Source: a virus | Taxonomy: Duplodnaviria > Caudoviricetes | Length of the DNA stretch: 27,616 bases | Reading direction: 5' to 3' (one strand) | Virus record (IMG/VR): IMGVR_UViG_3300044724_002767 | Span: 1-27,616 of that record | Part shown: piece by piece, positions 1-9,257 of the stretch | Layout: every line of letters starts with the position of its first letter | How positions within the stretch are numbered: position 1 is the first letter of the stretch | The notes under the pieces: generated by a model | Database searches by the model: none | Told to the model about the DNA's origin: nothing | The model's input: the letters and a program-made list of their open reading frames with translations, nothing else | Made by a program: the position numbers and the translations under genes

Positions 1-150
1 TTATAAACCCCTTCGTTTATACTCTCTCTTTAACGCGGTATCTGATATATACTGTAACAAATACTCACCTTGTTTGCGTTTGGATTCAATCTCTGCAAGT
101 TTTAGTCTTTGGACTGCTTCTACGTCAGGGTGTTGTGAAAGGTCAATCAT
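1..150 (-). CDS. Small hypothetical protein (49 aa, MIDLSQHPDVEAVQRL...KRRGL)
   Basis: Read manually; ATG overlaps the TGA of the upstream ORF (ATGA), TAA at 1-3. Confidence 0.6.
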   Translation of the reverse strand: MIDLSQHPDVEAVQRLKLAEIESKRKQGEYLLQYISDTALKREYKRRGL

Positions 151-800
151 ACACTCATTCTCGCGTTAAAACTCATACTTCTTCTCTCTCCCTCACTATA
201 GAATGGATATACGAAATGTTTCAGATAAGACGGAAACACTAACATCATGCCCTCTTTTGGTATATACTTCATCGTATCACTTCTCATATCACAGTTCTCT
301 CCATAGAGAAACTCTATCAATCCGTTAGCTGGATAGTGATCCTTTATCTCTACGTCCAGCTCACTCTGCATTTTAGGTGGTATCTTTAAATAGATGACCG
401 CAGAAAAGTCTCCTGTATGATGATGTGCAGGGTTATACTCTCCTGAGTATTGACTCACTATCCAACTGTCTACAATGTTTATGTTACCTACTGTTGGTCG
501 TTTGTCTCTGCCCGCAATCTTGTACCAGTTATAAGCGCGGTTTTTATCTATGATATGATTCAGATAGTCCACGCAGCCGTTTCTCATAGTGGATAGAACA
601 TATTCTCTGTCTTTCCCTTTTGGAATAGGTATCTGCACCTCTTTGGAAACTTTACCAACTAACTTATGACTCCAATCGTATTGAATCGACTTGGTATCAG
701 ATGAAAGAACGTCATTCCCAACCGCGTTTACGATGTCTAGGAATTGTTCTGATACCATTGTTTCCATAATGGTTGGGCTGAACGGATCAACGAATTTCAT
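147..800 (-). CDS. 2OG-Fe(II) oxygenase-like protein (TIGR02466-like)
   Basis: W..Q..GEYNPAHHH, SAVIYL, FPSYLKHFVYP and ERRSMSFN motifs. Confidence 0.8.
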   Translation of the reverse strand: MKFVDPFSPTIMETMVSEQFLDIVNAVGNDVLSSDTKSIQYDWSHKLVGKVSKEVQIPIPKGKDREYVLSTMRNGCVDYLNHIIDKNRAYNWYKIAGRDKRPTVGNINIVDSWIVSQYSGEYNPAHHHTGDFSAVIYLKIPPKMQSELDVEIKDHYPANGLIEFLYGENCDMRSDTMKYIPKEGMMLVFPSYLKHFVYPFYSEGERRSMSFNARMSV

Positions 801-1576
801 TAATCACCACTCACTTGCATAGTCCTAGGTGTATCAAATAAAATTATATCAAATGCTGATGATACAGTTGTACCTGTAGAAGCGATTGCTCTAATTTCAA
901 TATCTGTTTTTTCTGGTAAAGCAAACGGTACTGTATATGTTCTTTGATGAAGTCCGCCTGGAATGTCCATAATATCTCTTGTTCTAAAAATTAAACCATT
1001 ACCTATTTCTCTTGTATATAATGTTGCTGTAGCTTTGTCGTTATAATCACCGATTCCAACATTCCAATTACATAAGTATCCTGTTTTGCCTGCTGGAATT
1101 GTATATAAAGCTAATTGAGTTTGACCTAAACCAAAGGTAGTACCTGTACCAATTATTCCTATATCAGCAAGAACAGTACCACCTCCACTAGCACCTGTTG
1201 ATACTAACACAACACCTTTATTAGTTTGTAATGTACCTGCTGAATCAACAAAGGCTCTATAAACTCTTAAAAATGATTTGGTTGAAACTGCACCATCCAC
1301 TGTAAGTGTTTCTTCAATTTCGTTATAACTAGCGTCTAAACCTTGAACGGTAACCGTACGAGCACCTGTTCCAGCAACGCTGTCTTGTGCGTCAGCACCT
1401 GATACATAAACTGTTGAAGCAGATGTTAAATAGGTATAAGTTCCACCGTGCATCCAAACTGTTTCTGGAACACCACCTATATTTGGATTTCTACCAAATT
1501 TATGAACAACACTAGCGCCTCTTATAAGCCCTCTTGCTATGTTAATGTTTTGTTCTGTTATGTACCCTATTGCCAT
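800..1576 (-). CDS. Gly/Thr-rich, beta-rich hypothetical protein, possibly virion-associated
   Basis: 258-aa ORF with a TATAAATA late promoter upstream (1605-1612); function not recognised. Confidence 0.6.
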   Translation of the reverse strand: MAIGYITEQNINIARGLIRGASVVHKFGRNPNIGGVPETVWMHGGTYTYLTSASTVYVSGADAQDSVAGTGARTVTVQGLDASYNEIEETLTVDGAVSTKSFLRVYRAFVDSAGTLQTNKGVVLVSTGASGGGTVLADIGIIGTGTTFGLGQTQLALYTIPAGKTGYLCNWNVGIGDYNDKATATLYTREIGNGLIFRTRDIMDIPGGLHQRTYTVPFALPEKTDIEIRAIASTGTTVSSAFDIILFDTPRTMQVSGD

Positions 1577-1577
1577 G

Positions 1578-1612
1578 TATAAATAGTCCTATATTGATTT
1601 AAAATATTTATA
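1578..1612. promoter_or_regulatory. Pair of opposed T4-type late promoters (TATAAATA + at 1578-1585, - at 1605-1612)
   Basis: Exact matches to the gp55 late consensus. Confidence 0.6.
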
Positions 1613-1618
1613 ACGACA

Positions 1619-1672
1619 TATAAAGGTGATATTAAAGAAATAGTGTATCGTTCTTCGTGGGAATTGAAGATG
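1619..1672 (+). pseudogene. Fragment of a gp4-like head completion gene (YKGDIKEIVYRSSWELKM)
   Basis: Aligns by eye to YKGDYSQVIYRSLWERRF of the intact gp4 at 15575; no in-frame ATG upstream; stop at 1685-1687. Confidence 0.7.
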
Positions 1673-1683
1673 ATTTCATTACT

Positions 1684-1920
1684 CTAGAACTTGAACTCCT
1701 GTGAGAGAAAGAGTGCAGAAGATTTGCTCATGTCTCTGTACTTGGACTCGACTCCGAACTTCATTTCCAGTGATGGTTTTTTGATTTTTGCATAGATCGC
1801 AAGTTTATCTTTCGCGTTATCGTCTAAGTCAAAAGTGTATTTGTATCCGATAAATCTTTTTGTTTCAGATAATACGGTCATTGGTGCAATCAACAACGCG
1901 ACACATATGATTAATTTCAT
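1684..1920 (-). CDS. Small exported protein
   Basis: Signal-peptide-like N-terminus, AGGAG RBS, C-terminal Phe. Confidence 0.65.
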   Translation of the reverse strand: MKLIICVALLIAPMTVLSETKRFIGYKYTFDLDDNAKDKLAIYAKIKKPSLEMKFGVESKYRDMSKSSALFLSQEFKF

Positions 1921-1982
1921 TACTGTTTCTCCTTTGGGGTTTAATTGTATATATGACGGAAATGTTACATTTCTGTTACAAT

Positions 1983-2243
1983 TTACCTTCCTCTGATTCC
2001 TTTCCCATAAGAAGGATAGTTTGTTCCCTCAAGAGAAAACGATGCAGACGCAGCTTCCACCGAATCTATATCTGCGTTTCCATTAACTGTATGCATGATC
2101 TCCCATTCTCTTTTATCGACTTTACAATTTGAGATAACCATACCAAGTTTCTCTCTAATTTTCTTGTCGGTTATCTTTGATAGAAGTTCTTCTATTTTTT
2201 CCGCATCGTTGGGTGTGATGTAATGTTCGCCTTGGGTAATCAT
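1983..2243 (-). CDS. Hypothetical protein (start revised to MITQGEHY)
   Basis: ATGA coupling with the upstream 38-aa ORF fits better than the TTG start at 2336. Confidence 0.6.
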   Translation of the reverse strand: MITQGEHYITPNDAEKIEELLSKITDKKIREKLGMVISNCKVDKREWEIMHTVNGNADIDSVEAASASFSLEGTNYPSYGKGIRGR

Positions 2244-2356
2244 GGTATCGCAATCCATATGTCTGATAATGGTGCGTATTGTAGATTTTGATGTGCGATG
2301 TATATGATTATCGCAATCGCAATCATCATACCGCAAAAATAAAGTAGTGTTTTCAT
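2240..2356 (-). CDS. Small membrane protein (38 aa, MKTLLYFCGMMIAIAIIIYIAHQ...)
   Basis: GGAG RBS, ATG, hydrophobic stretch, coupled stop/start. Confidence 0.6.
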   Translation of the reverse strand: MKTLLYFCGMMIAIAIIIYIAHQNLQYAPLSDIWIAIP

Positions 2357-2379
2357 GTGTCGTTCTCCATAATAAAATA

Positions 2380-2408
2380 AATCAGGAAGCCCGAAAGACT
2401 CCCTGATT
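2380..2408 (-). terminator. Rho-independent terminator after the porin gene
   Basis: AATCAGGGAGTC-TTTC-GGCTTCCTGATT stem followed by TATTTT. Confidence 0.7.
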
Positions 2409-2416
2409 GGTCTACA

Positions 2417-3199
2417 CTAGAATGATGTAGATAGTGAAAATACAAATGCCTCACAGTCATTTCCAGAAGAACATACGCCGTCTGTAGTGACATCATTCCA
2501 AGAAACAGCACCAGTAAGTTTTCCAATAGTTTTTGAAGCCCCTACTGAGTAGTGAAAGTAGTTTTTGCCGTCTTCAATGTCTTGATAGCCTGCAACTACG
2601 TTTCCTGTTATACCAGCTGGAAGTGCAAGAGATACACTCTTATAAGAATACACACCCAATCCAGTTTCCCCATAGAAGTCAGGACTAATACTTACCCCTG
2701 CTTGCAATGTTGGTGACAATGGAAGTCCGTTAAATGACTTAGAAACTGAACCATAGATTTCTCCAAAGTTATAGTCGCCACTGCCACTGTCTTCGTTTTG
2801 TTCTGCATAAAGATAATGCAGATATCCTATATCATAACTCAATCCAAATCCTTGTCCTCTATACCCAGCATACACATCAATCTCTGTGCTGGCTGCATCT
2901 GTTTTCGCTGAATTAAATTCCAGACTTGATGCCCAAGTACCTATGTACAACCCCGAAGAATGTGAAATGTCGAATCCACCTTGTATCGCAGGATCTTCAT
3001 TGCTTTGTGTTACTCCTCTCCAAACATACTCTGACGCAATACCAACGTTTGCTGATACTACGAAAGCAGGCTCTGTTTTTGCAACTTCTTCTGATTTAAG
3101 TTCTGTTTCGAGCCTATCAAGCTCATCAGCACTTACAGAAAAAATGCTTCCGAGAGTGAGTGCAAATGCAACTACTCCTGTTTTTAAATAATGGTTCAT
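2417..3199 (-). CDS. TorF-like (TIGR02001) putative outer-membrane porin
   Basis: Signal peptide, SEYVWRGVTQS..PAIQGGFD, EIDVYAGY, amphipathic strands, terminal Phe. Confidence 0.85.
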   Translation of the reverse strand: MNHYLKTGVVAFALTLGSIFSVSADELDRLETELKSEEVAKTEPAFVVSANVGIASEYVWRGVTQSNEDPAIQGGFDISHSSGLYIGTWASSLEFNSAKTDAASTEIDVYAGYRGQGFGLSYDIGYLHYLYAEQNEDSGSGDYNFGEIYGSVSKSFNGLPLSPTLQAGVSISPDFYGETGLGVYSYKSVSLALPAGITGNVVAGYQDIEDGKNYFHYSVGASKTIGKLTGAVSWNDVTTDGVCSSGNDCEAFVFSLSTSF

Positions 3200-3286
3200 T
3201 AATTTCTCCCTTTATATTTAAGTTATCCTGATATTTATGTTAAATGTATCTTCTAAACCATATGTGTGACATAAATACAACACCAT

Positions 3287-4483
3287 TTAATTATCCTCTT
3301 TATATGGTTTCAACACCGTTTCATAGATGTTATCTGCGACATACTTCATACACATAGGCGCAACCATCAATCCGATTCTTGCGAGCTGTTCGTTCAATGT
3401 GCCTGTTAATATGTAATCTTCTGGTAGTGTCATCAATCGTTTACTTTCTTTAGTGGTGTATACTCTATCCTCAGATGCGTGTAAATGCACCGCAAGACTT
3501 GTCTGCAATCCCTGTTCTGATAACGTATGTGATGCTTGATGCCACGGCACTCGTCTTGATTGAAAGAATGAGTTCTTTGGCTCTGGCAGTTCCTTACCCC
3601 ATTTCGCACGATGTTTGATTACCTTATCGTACCAAGGTCTTACTACATCATCTCCTACTGATACCACTTTATCAGGATTCTTGGGTAATCTCTTTAACCA
3701 CTTGTATTTTGCACCCTTCTTCATAATCTCACATAAGTCATGCGCTTCTACCATGTTTTCTTCATCATCACGCAAATCACCTATCGCGTCCTCTATAGTG
3801 GGCTCTTCTTCTATTCTTGGTTCTGGATAGATTGAACTCGCAAGCATCCACGGCATACCAATCTTATCCATCACATCGTTTCGTATGGATATGATGAACA
3901 CTCTTTGTCGTTTCTGTGGTACACCATAATGAATACCATTCAATACTTTGTATACTGTGGTGTATCCATGACTCTCAAAGTCTCGCACCATCTTGGATAG
4001 ATGCTCTCTTGCGTAGTCCATTGTCAGACCTTTTACGTTCTCACATACGATAACTTTTGGTTGCATTTCGCCCGCAATTCGTATCTGTTCCCAAGTCAAG
4101 TCTTCAATGTTCTTTTGTTTCATACCATACGCGGTCTTTTCCTTGTTCCAGCCTTTCTGTTTTGTACCACTTATAGAGAACGGCGGACATGGTGGTGAGC
4201 CGTCTAGTATATCCAGCTCTCCTACCTTCAGTCCTGTCATTTCCATGATTTGTTTACCAGTAACATTTTTAATGTCACCGCAAATATGTGGTGTATTGGG
4301 CCAGTTCTCTAGGTAAGTATCTACCGCGACCTGTTGAAACTCGTTGACAAACTTACAGTCACCGCCCGCAAGTTTGTATCCAGCGGACGAACCACCACCC
4401 CCTGCGAAGAATGATATGTAACTGAATAATTTTCTATCTGATGATTGTTTTAAGTCATCAAGCGTGTATCTATAATATCTCAT
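3287..4483 (-). CDS. DNA (cytosine-5)-methyltransferase
   Basis: Motif I FAGGGG, motif IV GSPPC, motif VI ENV, motif VIII PQKRQRVF, C-terminal motif X region. Confidence 0.93.
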   Translation of the reverse strand: MRYYRYTLDDLKQSSDRKLFSYISFFAGGGGSSAGYKLAGGDCKFVNEFQQVAVDTYLENWPNTPHICGDIKNVTGKQIMEMTGLKVGELDILDGSPPCPPFSISGTKQKGWNKEKTAYGMKQKNIEDLTWEQIRIAGEMQPKVIVCENVKGLTMDYAREHLSKMVRDFESHGYTTVYKVLNGIHYGVPQKRQRVFIISIRNDVMDKIGMPWMLASSIYPEPRIEEEPTIEDAIGDLRDDEENMVEAHDLCEIMKKGAKYKWLKRLPKNPDKVVSVGDDVVRPWYDKVIKHRAKWGKELPEPKNSFFQSRRVPWHQASHTLSEQGLQTSLAVHLHASEDRVYTTKESKRLMTLPEDYILTGTLNEQLARIGLMVAPMCMKYVADNIYETVLKPYKEDN

Positions 4484-6973
4484 TTAAAAAAATCCATCCA
4501 AAGTTCCTTGTGTTCCATAACTATCGTCTATCCACCAATCAATCTTTTCTGATATAAACTTTAGTGGTTCAACAAAAGATTTAGTGAACTGTGTATCATA
4601 ATCTATTCTGTCCATTAAGTCAAGTTCCTTTGGGAAGAAAGTGATGAAAGAAAACGCACTCGCTGTATACACGTTAGGCTGACGCAAATGCACAAACTTA
4701 ATCTTATCTCCCTCTTGAATCAAAGGATACTTGTTCGTTAGTTTCTTAGTCTTCAGTAGGTGGTTGTATAGTATTGCACCCTTACAGTGAATAGGGGCGC
4801 CCTTAGCGAACATACCATTTGATGATGAGAACTTCTCTAACCCATTAACTGAACGTGGGTAGGCAATCTCTTCTGGGTCTAGGCGCATAAAGTCACTCCG
4901 AAAATCCTGTATGAATGTATTTAGCACTTTTGAATCTTCGTTAATAATAATCTTGAGAGCTTCTTTAATCTTGTTCCGACACACTTTTGGAGTAGATGAT
5001 TTGACTGCTTCGATGCCCATGATTTTAAGTTTAGGTTCTTTATATCGCACACCTTCACTGTCGTGGACATTCAGAATGTATCGTTTCTTTGCAGTCCAGA
5101 TACCCTTGTCTGCGATAACTTCTCGCGCCATTTGCATCTTTTGATCGTATGCGTTCGTTACCTTAGCAAGAGCTGTATAACTGTTTTCAATAAATGGTTC
5201 CAGCTTCTCATTTGCAATCTTGTCCAAGAAGTTGACAACCTTTCTAGTCTCCGTTCCTTCTCCAAACAGTTTATCAACCAACCTGTCAAAAGTGATGTAT
5301 ACCGAGTCTGTATCCGAAGCAATAACATAGTCTTCATTATCTGTCTCCAATAGTTTGTTCAAATAAATGTTAAGGGATTTCTCAATCCACCGAATAGATA
5401 ACTGACCCGATGTAGTGATTGCAGATGCAATCATCAAGTCAAAGTATCGAAAGTAGTTGTTACCGATTGCACCATAAGCTGAGTTGAGAGATATCTTTTT
5501 TGCCATCTGAATGTTGTTATACTTGGATATGTCCTTTAACAACTTAGGGTCTTTGGTATTCTCATATTCTTGTGATGCTTGTAACATAAGTTTCTTATAC
5601 TTGGTGCGGTCATTGTACATAGTCTCCATAATCTCTGGAAGAAACCCACGTTTGTCTTTACGAAAGAACGCACCATTTGGTGTCATACAGTGTTCAGTTG
5701 GATTGCTTGCTTTACCTTCGAGCAGCTTGTCTACAAGCCCTGTCACTGGCTTACTTGGAACAAGTGTCTCTGGCGATATGTTGTATTGCATAATTAGATG
5801 GGGATACAGTGAGTTCAAGTCAAATGACATTACCCATTTGTGCATACCCACTATAGGATCTTTGACATACGCACCTTCAAACTTCTCTGCTTTTTCATGT
5901 GCAACCTTTTGTGGTATGACAATGTTCTTTTCACGCAGATAGTTGTAGATGAGAATATCCCAATACTTTACCGAACCCAACACATCAGTATAATTGACTT
6001 TTGCATCATACGCCATAGTAAGACAGAGCTCAATCAGCTTCATCTTGTCTTCTAGTTTGTCAACAATCTCAACGTCCTGTATATTATACTCAATGAATGA
6101 CTGCCAATCTTTCTGATACCATTCACTGAATGTCTCGTAGGGATTGCCGTCTTTTTGTTCACCCAACTCAACAGACGCAATGTGATTAAGAGCATAAGAC
6201 TCTTGAGCTGTATATGTAAACTTGCGATATAGTGCCATGAAGTCTAGAGATGCAACACCTGCTATCTCGTATGTTTGTTGTGTTCTTCCCATTTTATAAA
6301 CTGATCTTTCTCGCACCGAACCCCAAGGCGACAATCGTTTTAATTCATCTTCACCAAACAGATTGATGATACGATTGCATATGTAAGGTATATCAAAAAA
6401 CTCTGTGTTCCAGCCTGTGATAATGTCTGGATAGTGTCGTTCCCAGAACACCATAAACTCTTTAAGTAGATGCACTTCACTTTCACATTTGATATAGGTA
6501 ACATCGTCACGTTCTGCTGTGAAGTCACCGACACCCCACACCACAATTCTTTTGGATTGATGGTTCTTGATGGTGATTGATATTAGTTCTTCTTTTGCTT
6601 CAGTTGGTGAGGGAAACCCATTCTCTGATTTGACTTCAATATCAATTGTTGCCATCATCAGTTGTTCCATATCAAACTCTACACGACCATTATACTTGTC
6701 TGCAATATAACTGTATGTGTGTAAAGTATTACCATAGACTAGTTCTGGTTGTGACTTGTAAGCTTCAATGTGTTCTTTTGCTTCACGCATGTTGTCAAAT
6801 TGAATATTTGTAACGTACTTGCCATCTAGGGTTTTGTATGGTGTTTGTTTTGCTACAGGAGCATATAATGTTGGTGAATACTTTACACGTTTGTTTATGT
6901 TACGTTCGCCATCTTTGACTTCACGCACCAAAAGAAAGTTGCCGTATTGGAGTACATTTGTGTAAAAATTCAT
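4484..6973 (-). CDS. 43: Family B DNA polymerase (T4 gp43-like)
   Basis: Exonuclease motifs DIE, FDIPY, YNIQD; polymerase motifs DLNSLYP, KISLNSAYG, DTDS, KKRY. Confidence 0.98.
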   Translation of the reverse strand: MNFYTNVLQYGNFLLVREVKDGERNINKRVKYSPTLYAPVAKQTPYKTLDGKYVTNIQFDNMREAKEHIEAYKSQPELVYGNTLHTYSYIADKYNGRVEFDMEQLMMATIDIEVKSENGFPSPTEAKEELISITIKNHQSKRIVVWGVGDFTAERDDVTYIKCESEVHLLKEFMVFWERHYPDIITGWNTEFFDIPYICNRIINLFGEDELKRLSPWGSVRERSVYKMGRTQQTYEIAGVASLDFMALYRKFTYTAQESYALNHIASVELGEQKDGNPYETFSEWYQKDWQSFIEYNIQDVEIVDKLEDKMKLIELCLTMAYDAKVNYTDVLGSVKYWDILIYNYLREKNIVIPQKVAHEKAEKFEGAYVKDPIVGMHKWVMSFDLNSLYPHLIMQYNISPETLVPSKPVTGLVDKLLEGKASNPTEHCMTPNGAFFRKDKRGFLPEIMETMYNDRTKYKKLMLQASQEYENTKDPKLLKDISKYNNIQMAKKISLNSAYGAIGNNYFRYFDLMIASAITTSGQLSIRWIEKSLNIYLNKLLETDNEDYVIASDTDSVYITFDRLVDKLFGEGTETRKVVNFLDKIANEKLEPFIENSYTALAKVTNAYDQKMQMAREVIADKGIWTAKKRYILNVHDSEGVRYKEPKLKIMGIEAVKSSTPKVCRNKIKEALKIIINEDSKVLNTFIQDFRSDFMRLDPEEIAYPRSVNGLEKFSSSNGMFAKGAPIHCKGAILYNHLLKTKKLTNKYPLIQEGDKIKFVHLRQPNVYTASAFSFITFFPKELDLMDRIDYDTQFTKSFVEPLKFISEKIDWWIDDSYGTQGTLDGFF

Positions 6974-6979
6974 AGTAGT

Positions 6980-7008
6980 ATAATACCACTTGGTAGGAGA
7001 AAAATCAA
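6980..7008 (-). promoter_or_regulatory. Sigma70-type promoter for the polymerase gene
   Basis: TTGATT-17-TATTAT with TGn extension; ATG lies 6 nt downstream. Confidence 0.6.
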
Positions 7009-7015
7009 GGTACTT

Positions 7016-7963
7016 TTATATAAAATTTTCTAAACTTCCAACTTCATTTTTTGCGAACCTGCCGATAAGTCGTTCAGATTTTCCCATGTTCCCCTGTGTT
7101 GCACAAGACCTATCTGTATAACATACTGTTGTAAATCTTTGGCCAGGCCCATGAATAGGTGTAACGCAATGTAGTGACTTAGAATCTGCAATGCATACTG
7201 CATTATCTGGCAAGTCTATACCTACACCCCAACGCGGAAATGATAGGTAAGCACCTGTGTAAGACCCCTGACGATGACAACTCATCGTTGTATACTCAAC
7301 GTCCTTGCCATCAGAGTGTACGGCCATAGCGGTACTCTGCATTGCGCTGTACCTGTTTGCTGATAGAGTTGTTACCATTCCATGTCTATGTTCTGGTGCA
7401 ATTGCTTCTTCTGCAAACCTACGTTGTCTTCGATATATCTCTGGTGCAGCTTTGTAAAACGCTCTTTCAACATCAACACAAAGCTCTTCTAACTCTTCCC
7501 ACTTAATAGGATTTGATATGTTGATTGCTCCAGTAAACCTTCCACGTTTTGCACCAATCATTACTGAATTAATTTCATTTGCATACGCAATCATACCCCA
7601 CTTACCACTTTTTGTTTTGACGTAGTAAGAGTTGGGCGTTCGTAGTTTGTAATGCTCCCCTTCAATAAGACCTTTCTTTTTCATTTCTTCAGCATCAATA
7701 GGCCCAGCACAGTTTGCTCTCATAACTGAACTTTCTTCAATACTATACAGAATATCTCTCATACGGTTATCTGGAAATGCATTAGTTACCACATACGCAA
7801 TAGGAACACCCTCACCATCTAGTGTAGAGTCTGGGCGATATATTGCTGTATCGTTTGTTACATTAATGATTTGGTCTAAATCAGACTCATCATAGAACTT
7901 TCCATTCCATTTTTCAAAGGTTTCTTTTTCGCCGTAATCATTTTTTGCTGTTATTTTTATCAT
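7016..7963 (-). CDS. TET/JBP-like 2OG-Fe(II) dioxygenase
   Basis: HSDGKD (HxD), G.Y.GAYL.FP, D..SLHCVTPI and RFTTVCY pattern; start at the ATGA overlap 7963. Confidence 0.8.
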   Translation of the reverse strand: MIKITAKNDYGEKETFEKWNGKFYDESDLDQIINVTNDTAIYRPDSTLDGEGVPIAYVVTNAFPDNRMRDILYSIEESSVMRANCAGPIDAEEMKKKGLIEGEHYKLRTPNSYYVKTKSGKWGMIAYANEINSVMIGAKRGRFTGAINISNPIKWEELEELCVDVERAFYKAAPEIYRRQRRFAEEAIAPEHRHGMVTTLSANRYSAMQSTAMAVHSDGKDVEYTTMSCHRQGSYTGAYLSFPRWGVGIDLPDNAVCIADSKSLHCVTPIHGPGQRFTTVCYTDRSCATQGNMGKSERLIGRFAKNEVGSLENFI

Positions 7964-8241
7964 TCGTATTCTTCTATCCAAATCATAGCATCAGTTAATT
8001 TTTTACAGTATTTGTTATCAGTGTGTACTTGGTCATCAAAAACTTTTCTCGTTGCACAGTATTTCATACCCTCACCTTCATTAGACACATTTAGAGCTTC
8101 AGATGGAATAATTGACCCAATTTTAATTTCTGAGCTTAATCCATATTCACTGTCCATATCTAAAATTTGAGTAGCAACAAATGCTGTCCGTACCACATTT
8201 TTCATGTCAGTAAATTTTTTCTGTTTCCACTCAATTTTCAT
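7960..8241 (-). CDS. Hypothetical protein
   Basis: ORF coupled by overlapping stop/start on both sides. Confidence 0.7.
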   Translation of the reverse strand: MKIEWKQKKFTDMKNVVRTAFVATQILDMDSEYGLSSEIKIGSIIPSEALNVSNEGEGMKYCATRKVFDDQVHTDNKYCKKLTDAMIWIEEYE

Positions 8242-8723
8242 TTCACCAAACTTTTCATAAACCCCTTTGCGAGTTTACCTTCCATTCTTACTGCCTGTCG
8301 TTCCCATGGCTGTTTTGACCATGAAGTATGAGTATAGTCAACATAAGAACCATCTTTAGTTTTCCACAATTTGCGAGAACCAAGTTTCACTGGATACACA
8401 CGATCTACCATAAGACCTGTGGCTGTTTGATAAACATGAACCATCTCATGGCATATCGTTTGAATAAATCGTTTTAGACCAGATAAGTTTAGATTACCAT
8501 TCTTAAACTTGTGCATACGTTTATCCACTTCAATTGTAAACTCACGATCACTATTCATCTGCATACAAAAACCATATGCACCTTCATCTAAACACTTAGT
8601 CAATTGAACTTCAATTTCTAGAGTTGAATGTCTAGGCATCAATTCAGAAATACAATACCATACGACATTTTCTGTCAGTTGACGTTGTTTCTTAGTTCCA
8701 CCGATTACGGTTACTTGATTCAA
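8238..8723 (-). CDS. Zincin-like (HExxH) metalloprotein
   Basis: ICHEMVHVYQ plus downstream PWERQA. Confidence 0.7.
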   Translation of the reverse strand: MNQVTVIGGTKKQRQLTENVVWYCISELMPRHSTLEIEVQLTKCLDEGAYGFCMQMNSDREFTIEVDKRMHKFKNGNLNLSGLKRFIQTICHEMVHVYQTATGLMVDRVYPVKLGSRKLWKTKDGSYVDYTHTSWSKQPWERQAVRMEGKLAKGFMKSLVK

Positions 8724-8754
8724 GGATTTTCCTTTGTTTTTTGACTATATGAAT

Positions 8755-8783
8755 AGGATAACATACTCAACACGTTTTGTCAA
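8755..8783 (-). promoter_or_regulatory. Sigma70-type early promoter
   Basis: TTGACA-17-TATCCT. Confidence 0.65.
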
Positions 8784-8828
8784 GGCCCAGTATGGTGTCG
8801 ATCATACAGATTGATATCTAGGAAATCA

Positions 8829-9257
8829 TCATATATTTTTATCACTCTCCACTAAACTCCTGTTCACAATATGTTCATCTTCTATTTCTTCTTTACTTTG
8901 TCCAAAGTAAGCGACCGCATAATGTTCTCGTATCATGAAATCATTAAGCGTCATCTGGGCATCTGTCTTTGCATCGTGTATAAGAAATTCACCCAAAATT
9001 CTTCCGTATTTTCCTTTGCCGTCTTGTCTGGTGCGTAGTGTTTGTGTTGAACCAACTGGCAAATAACTTAACACAACTTCTTTTGCCATTAGGCCATAAA
9101 TTTTTTCTACTTTATCTGAAGTGCGACTTTCTGGTGTATCAATACCATAAAAACGGATTCTTTGTTTCTTTAACCAAACACCAAAGCCCAAGTCGATATC
9201 AACATCAGCAGTGTCTCCATCGATCACCTTTACAATTTTACATTTATATTCATACAC
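8829..9257 (-). CDS. Thermonuclease (SNase-like)
   Basis: VIDGDT, RIRFYGIDTPE, GKYGRILG; GTG start at 9257 with GGAG upstream. Confidence 0.88.
   Translation of the reverse strand: MYEYKCKIVKVIDGDTADVDIDLGFGVWLKKQRIRFYGIDTPESRTSDKVEKIYGLMAKEVVLSYLPVGSTQTLRTRQDGKGKYGRILGEFLIHDAKTDAQMTLNDFMIREHYAVAYFGQSKEEIEDEHIVNRSLVESDKNI

Noticed and set aside
2886-6546. Several short antisense or alternate-frame ORFs within porin, MTase and polymerase
   Set aside because: Fully overlap well-supported genes and show no recognisable motifs
4484-6973. Intron or intein in the polymerase
   Set aside because: ORF is continuous at 829 aa with motifs in normal order and no room for an insertion
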